The notes under the pieces: generated by a model
Seen by the model: the letters and a program-made list of their open reading frames with translations, nothing else
Told to the model about the DNA's origin: nothing
The model's database searches: none
In this document: in pieces, positions 19,222-28,505 of the stretch
Numbering within the stretch: the stretch's first letter is position 1
Layout of the letters: the number at the start of each line of letters is the position of its first letter
Made by a program: the position numbers and the translations under genes
Assembly (NCBI GenBank): GCA_900317935.1
Contig: ONIU01000005.1
Location: 1,726-65,725 of the forward strand
Direction of reading: 5' to 3'
Origin: an uncultured bacterium
GTDB lineage: Bacteria > Muiribacteriota > Ozemobacteria > Ozemobacterales > Ozemobacteraceae
Length of the DNA stretch: 64,000 nucleotides

Positions 19222-20076
19222 TTAAACTAACTTTTTCCCAACCATACATTGTTTTTTAAGAATGCAATCAGCACATAATTCAGGATTCTTGCCGTAGGTA
19301 CATTTACCACCAATTCCTAAATGGCAGATGGCAAAATCGTATTTTATCGGGTCTTCAGGGCAACATTCTTTTAATTTATTTGTAATTTCTATAGCTGTTT
19401 TTAAATCATCGTTTTTTCTGGTAGTTAATCCGAGATTTCTGCTGATTTTACTAATATGTGTATCTAGGGGAATAATAAGTTTTGAAGGTGGTATTTCCTT
19501 CCATATTCCTATATCAACTCCGTCATTCTTTCTAACCATCCATCTTAAAAACATGTGCCAGCGTTTACAGCAACCGCCTGCTGTCGGATCTGGCAGAAGA
19601 TGCTTGATTCCATGGGGAACGGGGTTAATAAACTTTTCAGCTTCTTCGAAAATTGCGTTTCTTAGAGCAGATAAGCCCTCAATTATTTCATTATTTTTCT
19701 TATATCCAGAAAGAAAAACTTCTTTTATACTGCCGAATTTGTTAATTACATTACCGATTGAATAAGCAAATATTGATATTTCTTTTGCAGTGCTCATTCT
19801 ATAGCCAATCCAGGGGAAATTAGAGTCTGGTTCGTTGGTTATAAGTTTTAAAAATTCTTTATTACAGCTGTTTATAATTGCTGCAATTTTTTTTGTAAAT
19901 TGCGCTGCAGAACCATATGAAAGCATTGCCGAAAAGAGTGCTACTGCTTCTACTTCTTTTTGGCTTTTTCCTTCATCGAAAAAACGTCTTTGAAATTGAA
20001 CCGGATCAGCACTAACTCTGTCTTTAGGGGGAAATTCTTTTAAAACTTTGTCTAAGTAAATCTTTAAATCCTTCAT
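19222..20076 (-). CDS. TIGR02757/DUF2400-like protein (HhH-GPD superfamily-like, Cys-rich C-terminus)
   Basis: ORF track starts at TTG 20109; I prefer ATG 20076 (MKDLKIYLDK). Motifs DPVQF, DTHISKISRNLGLT and a terminal Cys cluster C..C..C. The family assignment is from memory. Confidence 0.55.
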   Translation of the reverse strand: MKDLKIYLDKVLKEFPPKDRVSADPVQFQRRFFDEGKSQKEVEAVALFSAMLSYGSAAQFTKKIAAIINSCNKEFLKLITNEPDSNFPWIGYRMSTAKEISIFAYSIGNVINKFGSIKEVFLSGYKKNNEIIEGLSALRNAIFEEAEKFINPVPHGIKHLLPDPTAGGCCKRWHMFLRWMVRKNDGVDIGIWKEIPPSKLIIPLDTHISKISRNLGLTTRKNDDLKTAIEITNKLKECCPEDPIKYDFAICHLGIGGKCTYGKNPELCADCILKKQCMVGKKLV

Positions 20077-20102
20077 ATTTATATCATAGATAAAAAAATA
20101 AA

Positions 20103-20159
20103 ATTCCAAAAAGACTAGATTGCCACGCTAACGCTCGCAATGACGAGCCTTTTTGGAAT
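20103..20159. repeat. 11-bp inverted repeat enclosing a GC-richer 35-nt loop
   Basis: ATTCCAAAAAG ... CTTTTTGGAAT, with an inner GCTCG-CAATGA-CGAGC hairpin. Confidence 0.6.
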
Positions 20160-20173
20160 TAATTATTAAATTA

Positions 20174-20201
20174 TCAGTTTTCAGTTTTCAACTTTCAATT
20201 T
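20174..20201. repeat. Heptamer tandem tract (TCAGTTT/TCAACTT)x4
   Basis: tcagttt tcagttt tcaactt tcaattt, immediately downstream of the stop of the gene at 20205(-). Confidence 0.6.
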
Positions 20202-20204
20202 AAA

Positions 20205-21914
20205 TCAGTATTGGAACGAACTGCCACCGATGAATTCACGAAGAATTGATGTAGGCGGAACTTCTTCAACCATCTTAGGATCTAATGGACAGAAGTAGGA
20301 GAGAGTTCTTAGAATCTGTCGAGCCTGACTATAGCATGGACTATCTGGAGTAATATCCATAAATAGCTTTTCTGCAATTGGTCTTAAAACAGCCCATTCG
20401 TAAGGAACAGCAGAATTGAAGACTGCGTCAGCACATTCCTGGAATGGGAATATGTTCTGAACTTCACCACGATTTACTGATGGCCAACGCATAATAGTAG
20501 ATTCTGCAGAATAACTTCTATACTTAGCATCTCTGACGGTTCTTCTGATTAAGCGTGTATCTGTTGTGCTAATTCTGTTATAGTCATCGATAACCAATGG
20601 AGTCAAAGCACTGATATAAATCTTGAATTTACATTCCGGTGGAATAGATTCTGTAAGTCTTGGATTTAGACCATGAATACCTTCAATAATAACAATCTGG
20701 TCTTCATTGATTCTCATTGGAATAGTCTTTTCTTTTCTGCTGCCGGTATGGAAGTCATATTCCGGTATCTGAGCAGTTTTGCCTTCAAGAAGTTCAAGCA
20801 TATTTTTGTTGAACAAGGGTAGGTCTAAAGCTTCAATTGCTTCGAAATCATATTCGCCGTCTTCGTCTAAAGGAGTTTTGTCTCTACCAACAAAGTAATT
20901 GTCTAATGAAAGGGTAATTGGTCTTAAACCATTAACTTTTAGGCTTGTGCAAAGACGCTTACTGAAAGTTGTTTTGCCAGAACTTGAAGGCCCTGCTATT
21001 AAAACTATTCTTACAGAACTGTGACTGCTAATTTGGTCTGCGATAACCTGAATCTTTTTCTGGTGAAGTGCTTCTGAAGTTTTGATAAAATCAGAAATAG
21101 AACCATCTTTTATGATTTCATTTAAACGACCTACATTGTTTACTTCAAGAATTCTACCCCATTCTTTACTTTCACGATATGCAGCAAATATCTTAGGTTG
21201 TCTTTTGGGTTGAGATGGAATTGAAGGATTATCAAAATCTGGGAACAAAAGAACAAAACCAGAAGCATACTGCTTAACATCAAATACTTTTAAATAACCT
21301 GTAGATGGAACCATTGGCCCCATGTCAAGGTCTACATACTTCCAGCAAGAAACTATATCTACTCTGTCAGCATTAATATTTTTGAGTAATCTGGCTTTTT
21401 CAGGATAGCCTTCTTTTTCGAATAAATCTTTGGCTTCACCACGAGTTAAAGTAGTTTTTTGGAAAGGTTCATCCTTTTCAACTATACTGTTCATTCTCTT
21501 TTTTACTTGTTCCAAAAGTCTATCAGATACTGGAACATCAGTGAATAGATCGTAATAGAAGCCGTTCCCAATAGCATGGTCTATAACTAATCTGGCATTA
21601 CGGTATAATTCAAGAATTGTTCTAGCAAGAACAAAAGCGAGACTTCTTTTATAGCAGTCTCTTCCGAAGCTAGATTTGTAAGTTAAAAATTCAATTTTAC
21701 AATCCATTGCTGGAGTAAAATCAAGTCCTAATACTTCGTTGTTAACCTTAGCGCAGATATATGGGAGATTATCCGGACCTAATTCTAAGGTTTTAGCTAA
21801 TTCGATTATTGGTTTTCCTCTCTCAAGTTCATGGGTTGACCCATTGTTTGCAACCGTTATTTTTATGGTCTGCGGTTCTTTGTTTTCTTTGTTTATAATC
21901 TTTTCTTCACTCAT
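20205..21914 (-). CDS. Uridine kinase/PRK-family P-loop kinase with long N-terminal TGS/ThrRS-like extension
   Basis: 569 aa. Walker A LIAGPSSSGKTTFSKRL and IIEGIHGLNP in the C-terminal half. The roughly 290-aa N-terminal region resembles the threonyl-tRNA-synthetase-like N-terminus seen in long 'uridine kinase' homologs. Confidence 0.65.
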   Translation of the reverse strand: MSEEKIINKENKEPQTIKITVANNGSTHELERGKPIIELAKTLELGPDNLPYICAKVNNEVLGLDFTPAMDCKIEFLTYKSSFGRDCYKRSLAFVLARTILELYRNARLVIDHAIGNGFYYDLFTDVPVSDRLLEQVKKRMNSIVEKDEPFQKTTLTRGEAKDLFEKEGYPEKARLLKNINADRVDIVSCWKYVDLDMGPMVPSTGYLKVFDVKQYASGFVLLFPDFDNPSIPSQPKRQPKIFAAYRESKEWGRILEVNNVGRLNEIIKDGSISDFIKTSEALHQKKIQVIADQISSHSSVRIVLIAGPSSSGKTTFSKRLCTSLKVNGLRPITLSLDNYFVGRDKTPLDEDGEYDFEAIEALDLPLFNKNMLELLEGKTAQIPEYDFHTGSRKEKTIPMRINEDQIVIIEGIHGLNPRLTESIPPECKFKIYISALTPLVIDDYNRISTTDTRLIRRTVRDAKYRSYSAESTIMRWPSVNRGEVQNIFPFQECADAVFNSAVPYEWAVLRPIAEKLFMDITPDSPCYSQARQILRTLSYFCPLDPKMVEEVPPTSILREFIGGSSFQY

Positions 21915-22142
21915 TCTTTCATTAAACCTTCTTGATTTGTTCTAAAATAGGGATAACACCCCAATTTATATCATTATTACCACTCTTTAAACTTTTCTGT
22001 CAATAATCTTTAATAAGAAAATCAAAAAGTGAATATATTAATTATTTCTCATAAATATTAATTATTTTTCTTTTTTCCTCTATCGGTACAGTGAATTTTT
22101 TGCTATAATACGATTATAACTAAACAAATTCGAGGTGTATCT

Positions 22143-23546
22143 ATGAAAAAGCATTGGTTATACTTAATTTTAGGTTTGGCATTAATTATAAACAGTAGTT
22201 GTGCTGTTAATGCCCAGGATGATGAAGGCGGCTGGTGGGATGTTAGTTCCGAAAGTGATGTAACAATAGATGAAGCATTAGAAACTAAGCCTACAAGCAC
22301 TTCAGAAAGCTCTGAAGAAGCTAAAGATACTGAAAAATCTGAAGAAACAGAAAATAAAGAAGAAGAAAAACAGGTTATAACTTATACTGTAGTTCCAGGT
22401 GATACCCTTTGTTCTATAGCTTTAAGATATCTTGGAAGTGCAAGTAGATATCCTGAAATAGCTGCTCTTAATCCAGAACTTATTTCTGACCCAAATGTTA
22501 TTCTTACAGGTTGGAATTTAAAAATTCAATTGGATGGCGCTGCTCCTGCTGAAGAAGCTGCCGCTGCTGATCCAGAACCTGAAGTTGAAGTTACAGATGA
22601 ATCTTCTGAAAGCAGCGAAGTTGCTGAACCAGAAGAAGAAAAGACAAATGCAGAAAAAATAGCTGAACTTCAGAAAGTTTTAGATGAAGCAAATGGTAAA
22701 TTACCAGAAGGTTTTGGACTTGTAGATTTCAATGGTAATACTGTTAAATATTTAGTAGAAAAAGGTATTATTTCTAAGGAAGAATTAGCTGCTCTTAGTC
22801 CAGCAGATGAACATACCTGGAGAATTAATAACGGTAAGATTGAACTTGTTAATGCGAAAAATGTAGCTTTAACTCCAGAAGAAATTGCTGCATTAGATGC
22901 TGCAAATGCTGCCAAGAAAAATGGTGAAGAAGACGCTGAAAAGATGGGACTTGCCCAAAGAATTGGTAAAATGATTGATGAAGGCGTCGAAAAAGTTGGC
23001 GAAGGCCTTAAGAAAGGCGTCGAAGGCCTTAAGAAAGGCGTCGAAACCGTTGGTGAAGGAATTAAGAAAGGCGTCGAAACCGTTGGTGAAGGAATTAAGA
23101 AAGGCGTCGAAACCGTTGGTGAAGGTGTTAAGAAAGGTGTCGAAACAGTTGGAAAAGGTCTTAAGACTTTCGGTAATTGGCTAAATGATCGTATTGAATA
23201 TAATAGAGTTACAAGAGTCGCCAGAGCTCAGAATGCTTTAGATACTCTTGTTACTACTGGTAAGGTTGTAACTGCACCAGTTAGAGCTCTTGGTAGCGGG
23301 CTTGTAAGTGGAATTAAGGGATTCTTTGTTGGTGGCGAAGATAACGGTTTTGTAAACGGAGCAAAAAAAGTATTTGATGACACTATAGAATCTGCAGCTG
23401 GATTAAAAGATCGTCGTCAGGAAAGAATTGATAATGCATTAGAAAAAGCAAATTATGGTGGTTCTACTACTCACACTAGTTCTAGTGGCACAACTCATGG
23501 CGGCAGCGGTCGTTCATTCGGCGGTGGCGGTGGACATCGTTTTTAA
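22143..23546 (+). CDS. Secreted LysM-domain protein with 11-aa tandem repeats and Gly-rich C-terminus
   Basis: 467 aa with GAGGTG RBS and a signal peptide. LysM motif (YTVVPGDTLCSIALRYLG...YPEIAALNP). GVETVGEGIKK repeats. Terminal GGSGRSFGGGGGHRF. Confidence 0.8.
   Translation: MKKHWLYLILGLALIINSSCAVNAQDDEGGWWDVSSESDVTIDEALETKPTSTSESSEEAKDTEKSEETENKEEEKQVITYTVVPGDTLCSIALRYLGSASRYPEIAALNPELISDPNVILTGWNLKIQLDGAAPAEEAAAADPEPEVEVTDESSESSEVAEPEEEKTNAEKIAELQKVLDEANGKLPEGFGLVDFNGNTVKYLVEKGIISKEELAALSPADEHTWRINNGKIELVNAKNVALTPEEIAALDAANAAKKNGEEDAEKMGLAQRIGKMIDEGVEKVGEGLKKGVEGLKKGVETVGEGIKKGVETVGEGIKKGVETVGEGVKKGVETVGKGLKTFGNWLNDRIEYNRVTRVARAQNALDTLVTTGKVVTAPVRALGSGLVSGIKGFFVGGEDNGFVNGAKKVFDDTIESAAGLKDRRQERIDNALEKANYGGSTTHTSSSGTTHGGSGRSFGGGGGHRF
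22983..23168 (+). repeat. In-frame 33-bp tandem repeat inside the LysM gene
   Basis: Units start at 22983, (21-bp partial) 23016, 23037, 23070, 23103 and 23136. Units 23037-23069 and 23070-23102 are identical. Confidence 0.85.
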
Positions 23547-23600
23547 TTAAATAAAAATATTAAAAACTGGTTTACACCTCATTTAATATAATGTATATAC

Positions 23601-23642
23601 AGGTCAGGATATATATTAGATTTATCCTGACCTTATTTTTTG
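23601..23642 (+). terminator. Rho-independent terminator after the LysM gene
   Basis: AGGTCAGGATA ... TATCCTGACCT stem followed by TATTTTTT. Confidence 0.7.
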
Positions 23643-23655
23643 AAGGAGTTTATCT

Positions 23656-24513
23656 ATGAAAAAACTTATTAATTTAATTGCTATAGCTATGTTCGTATTC
23701 TTATCTAGTCATCTTTTTGCTGCAGATGCTTTAAATTTAAAGAATAAAATTTTATTCGTAAATAAAGCAAAAGAAGGTGGAACTTATCTTTCTGTTATTG
23801 ATCCTAATGGGAAAAATAAAGTCAGACTTACTCCAACTCTATTTAATATAATACTTCCAAAGAATAATCCCGTTACTGGAGAAATAGCTTTTACTAATCA
23901 GACAGAAAATATGACTTCAGAAATCTATATTTTAGATAATACAGGAAAACATTTAAAGAAAATTTTAACTAACGCTTGTTTTCAAGATTTTTCTCCTGAT
24001 GGTAAAACAATACTTTACACTACAACTGGAGGTAATCCCGAACTTTTTGTATATGATATAAATAAGAAAAAGGCATATAAAGTATCTCAGAGTTTAAAGG
24101 TTTGTTCTGCTAACTATTCTCCAGATGGTGAATGGATTGTTGTTTCAGATTTAAGCAGTGACGGTTCTATGGATATGCATATGATTTCTTGCTATGGCAG
24201 AGGTATTATTCCTTTAGTTAATACTCCAAAAGTTAATGAAGCTTATCCTGTATTTTGTTTAGATAATAAAAAAATCGCTTATTACACTAACCGTAATAAT
24301 GCAATGTATGAAATTGAAATACTAGGTGTTGGTCTTAATGAAGAAGGGGTATTCGATTTAAATAGAACAAATCTTAAGGGAACTAATCCTAGCTTTTCTC
24401 CAAATGGTGAATTTATTGTTTTTCAAAATAATTTTGATATTATGATTGGTGATACTAATGGTAAAGAAACTTTAAAATTAGTTGAAGGAAGATTCCCATA
24501 CTGGACTAAATAA
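23656..24513 (+). CDS. Secreted TolB-like beta-propeller (PD40 repeat) protein
   Basis: 285 aa with AAGGAG RBS and a signal peptide. Repeated FSPDGKTILYT, YSPDGEWIVVS and FSPNGEFIVF motifs. Confidence 0.75.
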   Translation: MKKLINLIAIAMFVFLSSHLFAADALNLKNKILFVNKAKEGGTYLSVIDPNGKNKVRLTPTLFNIILPKNNPVTGEIAFTNQTENMTSEIYILDNTGKHLKKILTNACFQDFSPDGKTILYTTTGGNPELFVYDINKKKAYKVSQSLKVCSANYSPDGEWIVVSDLSSDGSMDMHMISCYGRGIIPLVNTPKVNEAYPVFCLDNKKIAYYTNRNNAMYEIEILGVGLNEEGVFDLNRTNLKGTNPSFSPNGEFIVFQNNFDIMIGDTNGKETLKLVEGRFPYWTK

Positions 24514-24535
24514 AGAATAAATATTAATAAAAAAA

Positions 24536-24564
24536 CTCAGGCATTTATGCTTGAGTTTTTTTTT
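24536..24564. terminator. Bidirectional rho-independent terminator
   Basis: CTCAGGCA-TTTA-TGCTTGAG hairpin flanked by A6 and T9, between convergent genes. Confidence 0.7.
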
Positions 24565-24578
24565 ATGTTTTTTTATGT

Positions 24579-25226
24579 TTAATAATAAACCTGATAGGGT
24601 TCAGGATCATTTCGCGGTGGTGGAGTTCTTGAATCACTATATGTTTTTATTATTACATCCTCTGTATTTTTTAAATAGTCATTAGAAGATATAAATGAAT
24701 TTTTTTTAGGAACAATAACTTCTTTTTTTCTTTCGATAACTTCCTGTTCTGGGATTTCGATTTCATTTTCAGAATTTTTTTCCAACTCTAATATACTTTC
24801 TAAGGTTCTAGCAGATTTGTTATCATCTATATTTTTCCATCCTATTTTGGCTAGTCTGCCTGTTTGTGGATAATGGTCATAAAATCCTTCTCTTAGGGAA
24901 TCACCCCAATAATAACCTTTTGCTAATTTTAGGTCGCCAGAAACTTCAGCAATGACACCAAGTCTGTAATATGCCCATGTTGTTCTTTCTTCGTTTACCT
25001 TTTTAGCTTTGTTTTCGTTTTTGTATATTAAAGAATAGTAATTTCTTGCTTTAATAAATTTTTTTGCTATTAGTGCTTCTTCACCTCTTTTTCTACAGTT
25101 ATAATAACTATATTGAGGAGAACAACACCCAGTTAAAAAAAGAAAGCATAAAGAAATAACAAAAGCAGAACATTTTATAGTTATTTGTTTATGCAGTTTT
25201 ATTATCATAAAATCGCCTTTCAACAT
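24579..25226 (-). CDS. Putative lipoprotein (TPR-like helical region)
   Basis: 215 aa with lipobox-like FLTGC. Last gene of the minus-strand pseudopilin operon. Confidence 0.55.
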   Translation of the reverse strand: MLKGDFMIIKLHKQITIKCSAFVISLCFLFLTGCCSPQYSYYNCRKRGEEALIAKKFIKARNYYSLIYKNENKAKKVNEERTTWAYYRLGVIAEVSGDLKLAKGYYWGDSLREGFYDHYPQTGRLAKIGWKNIDDNKSARTLESILELEKNSENEIEIPEQEVIERKKEVIVPKKNSFISSNDYLKNTEDVIIKTYSDSRTPPPRNDPEPYQVYY

Positions 25227-25252
25227 AAATCCTTGTTATTTTTAAGTTTTTA

Positions 25253-25846
25253 TTAATTTGAAGGATTATCTATCGTAGAAACCCAATAATTATCTTTTTT
25301 ATTAGGTAAATTTGGATAAATTGTTGCAGACCATATTAGGTCTTGTTTGCCACTAGAAGTTTTATTCGGGTTTTTCATATTAATATTAACCTTAAAAGAG
25401 ATAATATTGTTTTCGACTTTCTTTGTTACTGACATACTGGTCAAATATTCATCTCCAAATTTTTGTATTGGCGTTTCTTTAGGTTCATAAGCAACGTGTT
25501 CATTTGATCTTGTATATTTTCTTACGAAAGTTTTGGTATTTCCATTATTTTCTAACTGATAAGAAGCCTTACCGCCTTCTATATATACTTCAAACTTTGA
25601 TGTTCCATCCCATGTGTCGTTTGAGCCTTCAAAATTAATGTGCTCTAAGTCAGAATGAGAAAAATCATCTCTGATTGTTGAGATTATCCAGAATGCCTGA
25701 TTTGCTGCTAAAGCATTGAAACTGCCTTTCTGAACATTTGATGCACCTCTGGTCATCATTATCAAGACAATTCCCATAACCATAACAACAATAACGATGG
25801 CTATTATTAGTTCTACAACTGTGAAAGCTTTCTTAGTTTTTAACAC
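25253..25846 (-). CDS. Prepilin-type N-terminal domain protein (pseudopilin)
   Basis: 197 aa. KKAFTVVELIIAIVIVVMVMGIV with Glu at +5 of the predicted mature end. 14-nt overlap with the upstream gene. Confidence 0.7.
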   Translation of the reverse strand: MLKTKKAFTVVELIIAIVIVVMVMGIVLIMMTRGASNVQKGSFNALAANQAFWIISTIRDDFSHSDLEHINFEGSNDTWDGTSKFEVYIEGGKASYQLENNGNTKTFVRKYTRSNEHVAYEPKETPIQKFGDEYLTSMSVTKKVENNIISFKVNINMKNPNKTSSGKQDLIWSATIYPNLPNKKDNYWVSTIDNPSN

Positions 25847-26294
25847 TTACAAAACCTCTTAGTTTATATGTCAGACTTTTTCCTTCTTTGCTTTTGTATC
25901 TCATTTCAAGTGTTATTATTCTTCCAATAGTTTTTTCTGGTAAAAATTTGTTTTTTACTACTTCTGAACTGATTGTCAGTTCAGGAGCAAGGTAAGTTTC
26001 AAATGTACCAACATTTACTGTTAGAGCAGAAGTCTGGTTCCCTATATTTATTGCAGAACCTGGAGTCAGTGTAAAATGATAAGTGTCGTTATCGCCAGAA
26101 AATACATTAATGGCATGTGAGTTCTTTATTTGTTCCAATATTTCTACGGTTAACTGACTAGCTACTATTTCTTCGGAAAATCTTACAACCTGTTGTGTTG
26201 ATGTTCCCATCAACCCCCATAAAGGGACCATTGATGCCAAAAATATCAGGATAGATACCATTATTTCTACGAGGCTCATGCCGTGTTTTGTCAT
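25833..26294 (-). CDS. Prepilin-type N-terminal domain protein (pseudopilin)
   Basis: 153 aa. TKHGMSLVEIMVSILIFLA (G|MSLVE). 4-nt overlap with the upstream gene. Confidence 0.7.
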   Translation of the reverse strand: MTKHGMSLVEIMVSILIFLASMVPLWGLMGTSTQQVVRFSEEIVASQLTVEILEQIKNSHAINVFSGDNDTYHFTLTPGSAINIGNQTSALTVNVGTFETYLAPELTISSEVVKNKFLPEKTIGRIITLEMRYKSKEGKSLTYKLRGFVSVKN

Positions 26295-28504
26295 AGTTGG
26301 CCTCCTCTAGGACCTAGAGCTATCCCGGCATATTTACTAAATTCATTTTTTGTAGGGTCTAAACTTAAATTGTAATCCAAGCATCCACCTGCATTTGGTA
26401 AATTATTTACATCAAATTGTTTTATTGCTACACCGCCTTTTATAAGGAGTTTTTCATTAGGATTTTTTGCTATTACGGAACCATTTTCTCCTAAAGCAAT
26501 GAGGTAGGCTCTTACTAAATTACTATTTGAATTATTAATATATATTTGCCCTTCTTTTGATAGAATAAGTAATGGAGATTCATCTGAATTACTTGCTTGA
26601 GGAAAGTTTCCAAGAGTTATTGAAGAGTTGCTGTATATTGCTCCTGCAGTTTTTGCATTTAGAATACCTAAGCTTACATCTTCTGAATTAATTTCGTAGA
26701 CTAGATTATTTAGATATAATCCATCTGAAAGACTAAAATAATTTAAAAAATCTTCTGATGAATTTATTTGATAGCATTTTCTTAATTGTAAACCTAAAGT
26801 TTTATCTCCAACTTCTGAAATATCTGGAATTTTCATTTTCTTTACTTTATCAGGTTCAGGCATAATACCTGTATTTAAACCACTACCACTATAAGTGAGA
26901 TTAGAAGGTTCAAAAGTGTTATCGTTTACTGATGGGGCTGAGACATTAGGAGGCAATTTTATGGCGCTGCCGCTATTGTAATTGACTATAGTCTTATATG
27001 TTTCGTCATAAGTTTGAGAAGTTGATTTACTCATTATTGTTTTATAGTTAATTTTACTAGAATTATTACTATTATATCTAATATGATTTTGGAATAGGTC
27101 TAAATAGGAATCCCATTCCGTATTGTGTTCCGAATATCTGTAATTGCCTTTAAACAGGAAGAAACTCTTATAAAAAGTTACTCCTTGTTGTAATACTAGG
27201 CTTCCACCTTCAAAACCATATTGATTTGTAAGGTCAAGTTTATCTTCTGGAGTTATAGAATCTGATGGTCTTAGCCAAAAATCGTAAACATTTTGAGAAG
27301 GACAGTTTTTAACTGCAGCTAGTAGACTGTCGTTTTTAAATAAATAGCCTAATTCAAGGAATCGGTCGTAAACTTTGCCGGTAATTCTTGTTATTGACGG
27401 GACAGGGGCAGAAGATGAATTGGAATTGCTTATGAGGTTGCTATCACTGAATAAATGCAGGCATGAACTTTTCCATAACTCTGGTTTTTCATCGGCGCCA
27501 TTATGTTTGTCGTATTCACCTTTAAATATTTGTCTCCAATTGCTTGGACCATCAGGATTCATATGAGATTCGGTAAAACCCCAATATGAAGTTCTGAAGG
27601 AGAATCCTTGAGGTAGGTTATCTGTATTGCTTAATTTCATAGTTATAGGCTTATCTGAGTTATAAGAATAAAAAAGCTGTCCAAACTTTTTACTTCCATT
27701 TGAGTGATTTAGAACTAATTCTCTACCTCCGATATAAATCCAGCCTCGGTCAACCCAGACTGTTTCTTCTCGGTTACTTCCGATTGAAGAACCATTATCA
27801 AATATAAATGGGACTTTTCCTTCTTTGACATTTCCACTTGCATTAATAACAGAAGTGTTGAAACTATAAGGATTGCCAGAAACCCCATTTTTCCAATAAA
27901 AATTGAATTTTGTAATCGGCATAGGGAAGGGGAAGACAACTTTGAAAGGTCTTGTTTCCTGCCATATTTCGCGAGTATGACCAATTTGAACTGTAACTTC
28001 TATTGTTATTCTTCCTACTTTTTCGGAATCTAAGAATAATATGTCATCAGCTCCTCTCGAAGATTTTATGCTGTTTAATGTTGTTATATCAATAAACCCA
28101 AATCTTACGTAACAGTCTTTGGTTTTGTTGGGTGCAGTATCAGCAACTAATTTATCAAATAAAGTTTTACAATCTATATCTTTTAGCCATTTTGCTTTTA
28201 AATCGCTTTCTAGTGTATCTGGATCGTTACTGTTTAGAAAAATAGTCTGAAGTTTTGTCAGTCCTTCAGAATTTGAATTTTGTAAATCGCTAATGAAGTG
28301 GGTCAATATGTAATTATGAACAGATTGAGCACAATAAGAAGCACGAACATGTTCTAGTATTTCACGGCTTTCATTAAATTTTCCTTTAACTAAATAATTA
28401 TAAGAAAATACCAGAGTCCCTAACACAAAGATAGTGCCTAATACTACAAAGATAACGATACCTTTGCGGTTGTTTTGTCTCTTTTGGTTGAAGATTATAG
28501 TCAT
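26291..28504 (-). CDS. Large N-terminally anchored protein in pseudopilin operon (GspK/PilX-like position)
   Basis: 737 aa with one N-terminal TM (GIVIFVVLGTIFVLGTLVF) and an Asn/Ser-rich beta-type remainder. Only the operon context suggests a pilus-tip or minor-pilin role. Confidence 0.55.
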   Translation of the reverse strand: MTIIFNQKRQNNRKGIVIFVVLGTIFVLGTLVFSYNYLVKGKFNESREILEHVRASYCAQSVHNYILTHFISDLQNSNSEGLTKLQTIFLNSNDPDTLESDLKAKWLKDIDCKTLFDKLVADTAPNKTKDCYVRFGFIDITTLNSIKSSRGADDILFLDSEKVGRITIEVTVQIGHTREIWQETRPFKVVFPFPMPITKFNFYWKNGVSGNPYSFNTSVINASGNVKEGKVPFIFDNGSSIGSNREETVWVDRGWIYIGGRELVLNHSNGSKKFGQLFYSYNSDKPITMKLSNTDNLPQGFSFRTSYWGFTESHMNPDGPSNWRQIFKGEYDKHNGADEKPELWKSSCLHLFSDSNLISNSNSSSAPVPSITRITGKVYDRFLELGYLFKNDSLLAAVKNCPSQNVYDFWLRPSDSITPEDKLDLTNQYGFEGGSLVLQQGVTFYKSFFLFKGNYRYSEHNTEWDSYLDLFQNHIRYNSNNSSKINYKTIMSKSTSQTYDETYKTIVNYNSGSAIKLPPNVSAPSVNDNTFEPSNLTYSGSGLNTGIMPEPDKVKKMKIPDISEVGDKTLGLQLRKCYQINSSEDFLNYFSLSDGLYLNNLVYEINSEDVSLGILNAKTAGAIYSNSSITLGNFPQASNSDESPLLILSKEGQIYINNSNSNLVRAYLIALGENGSVIAKNPNEKLLIKGGVAIKQFDVNNLPNAGGCLDYNLSLDPTKNEFSKYAGIALGPRGGQL

Positions 28505-28505
28505 T

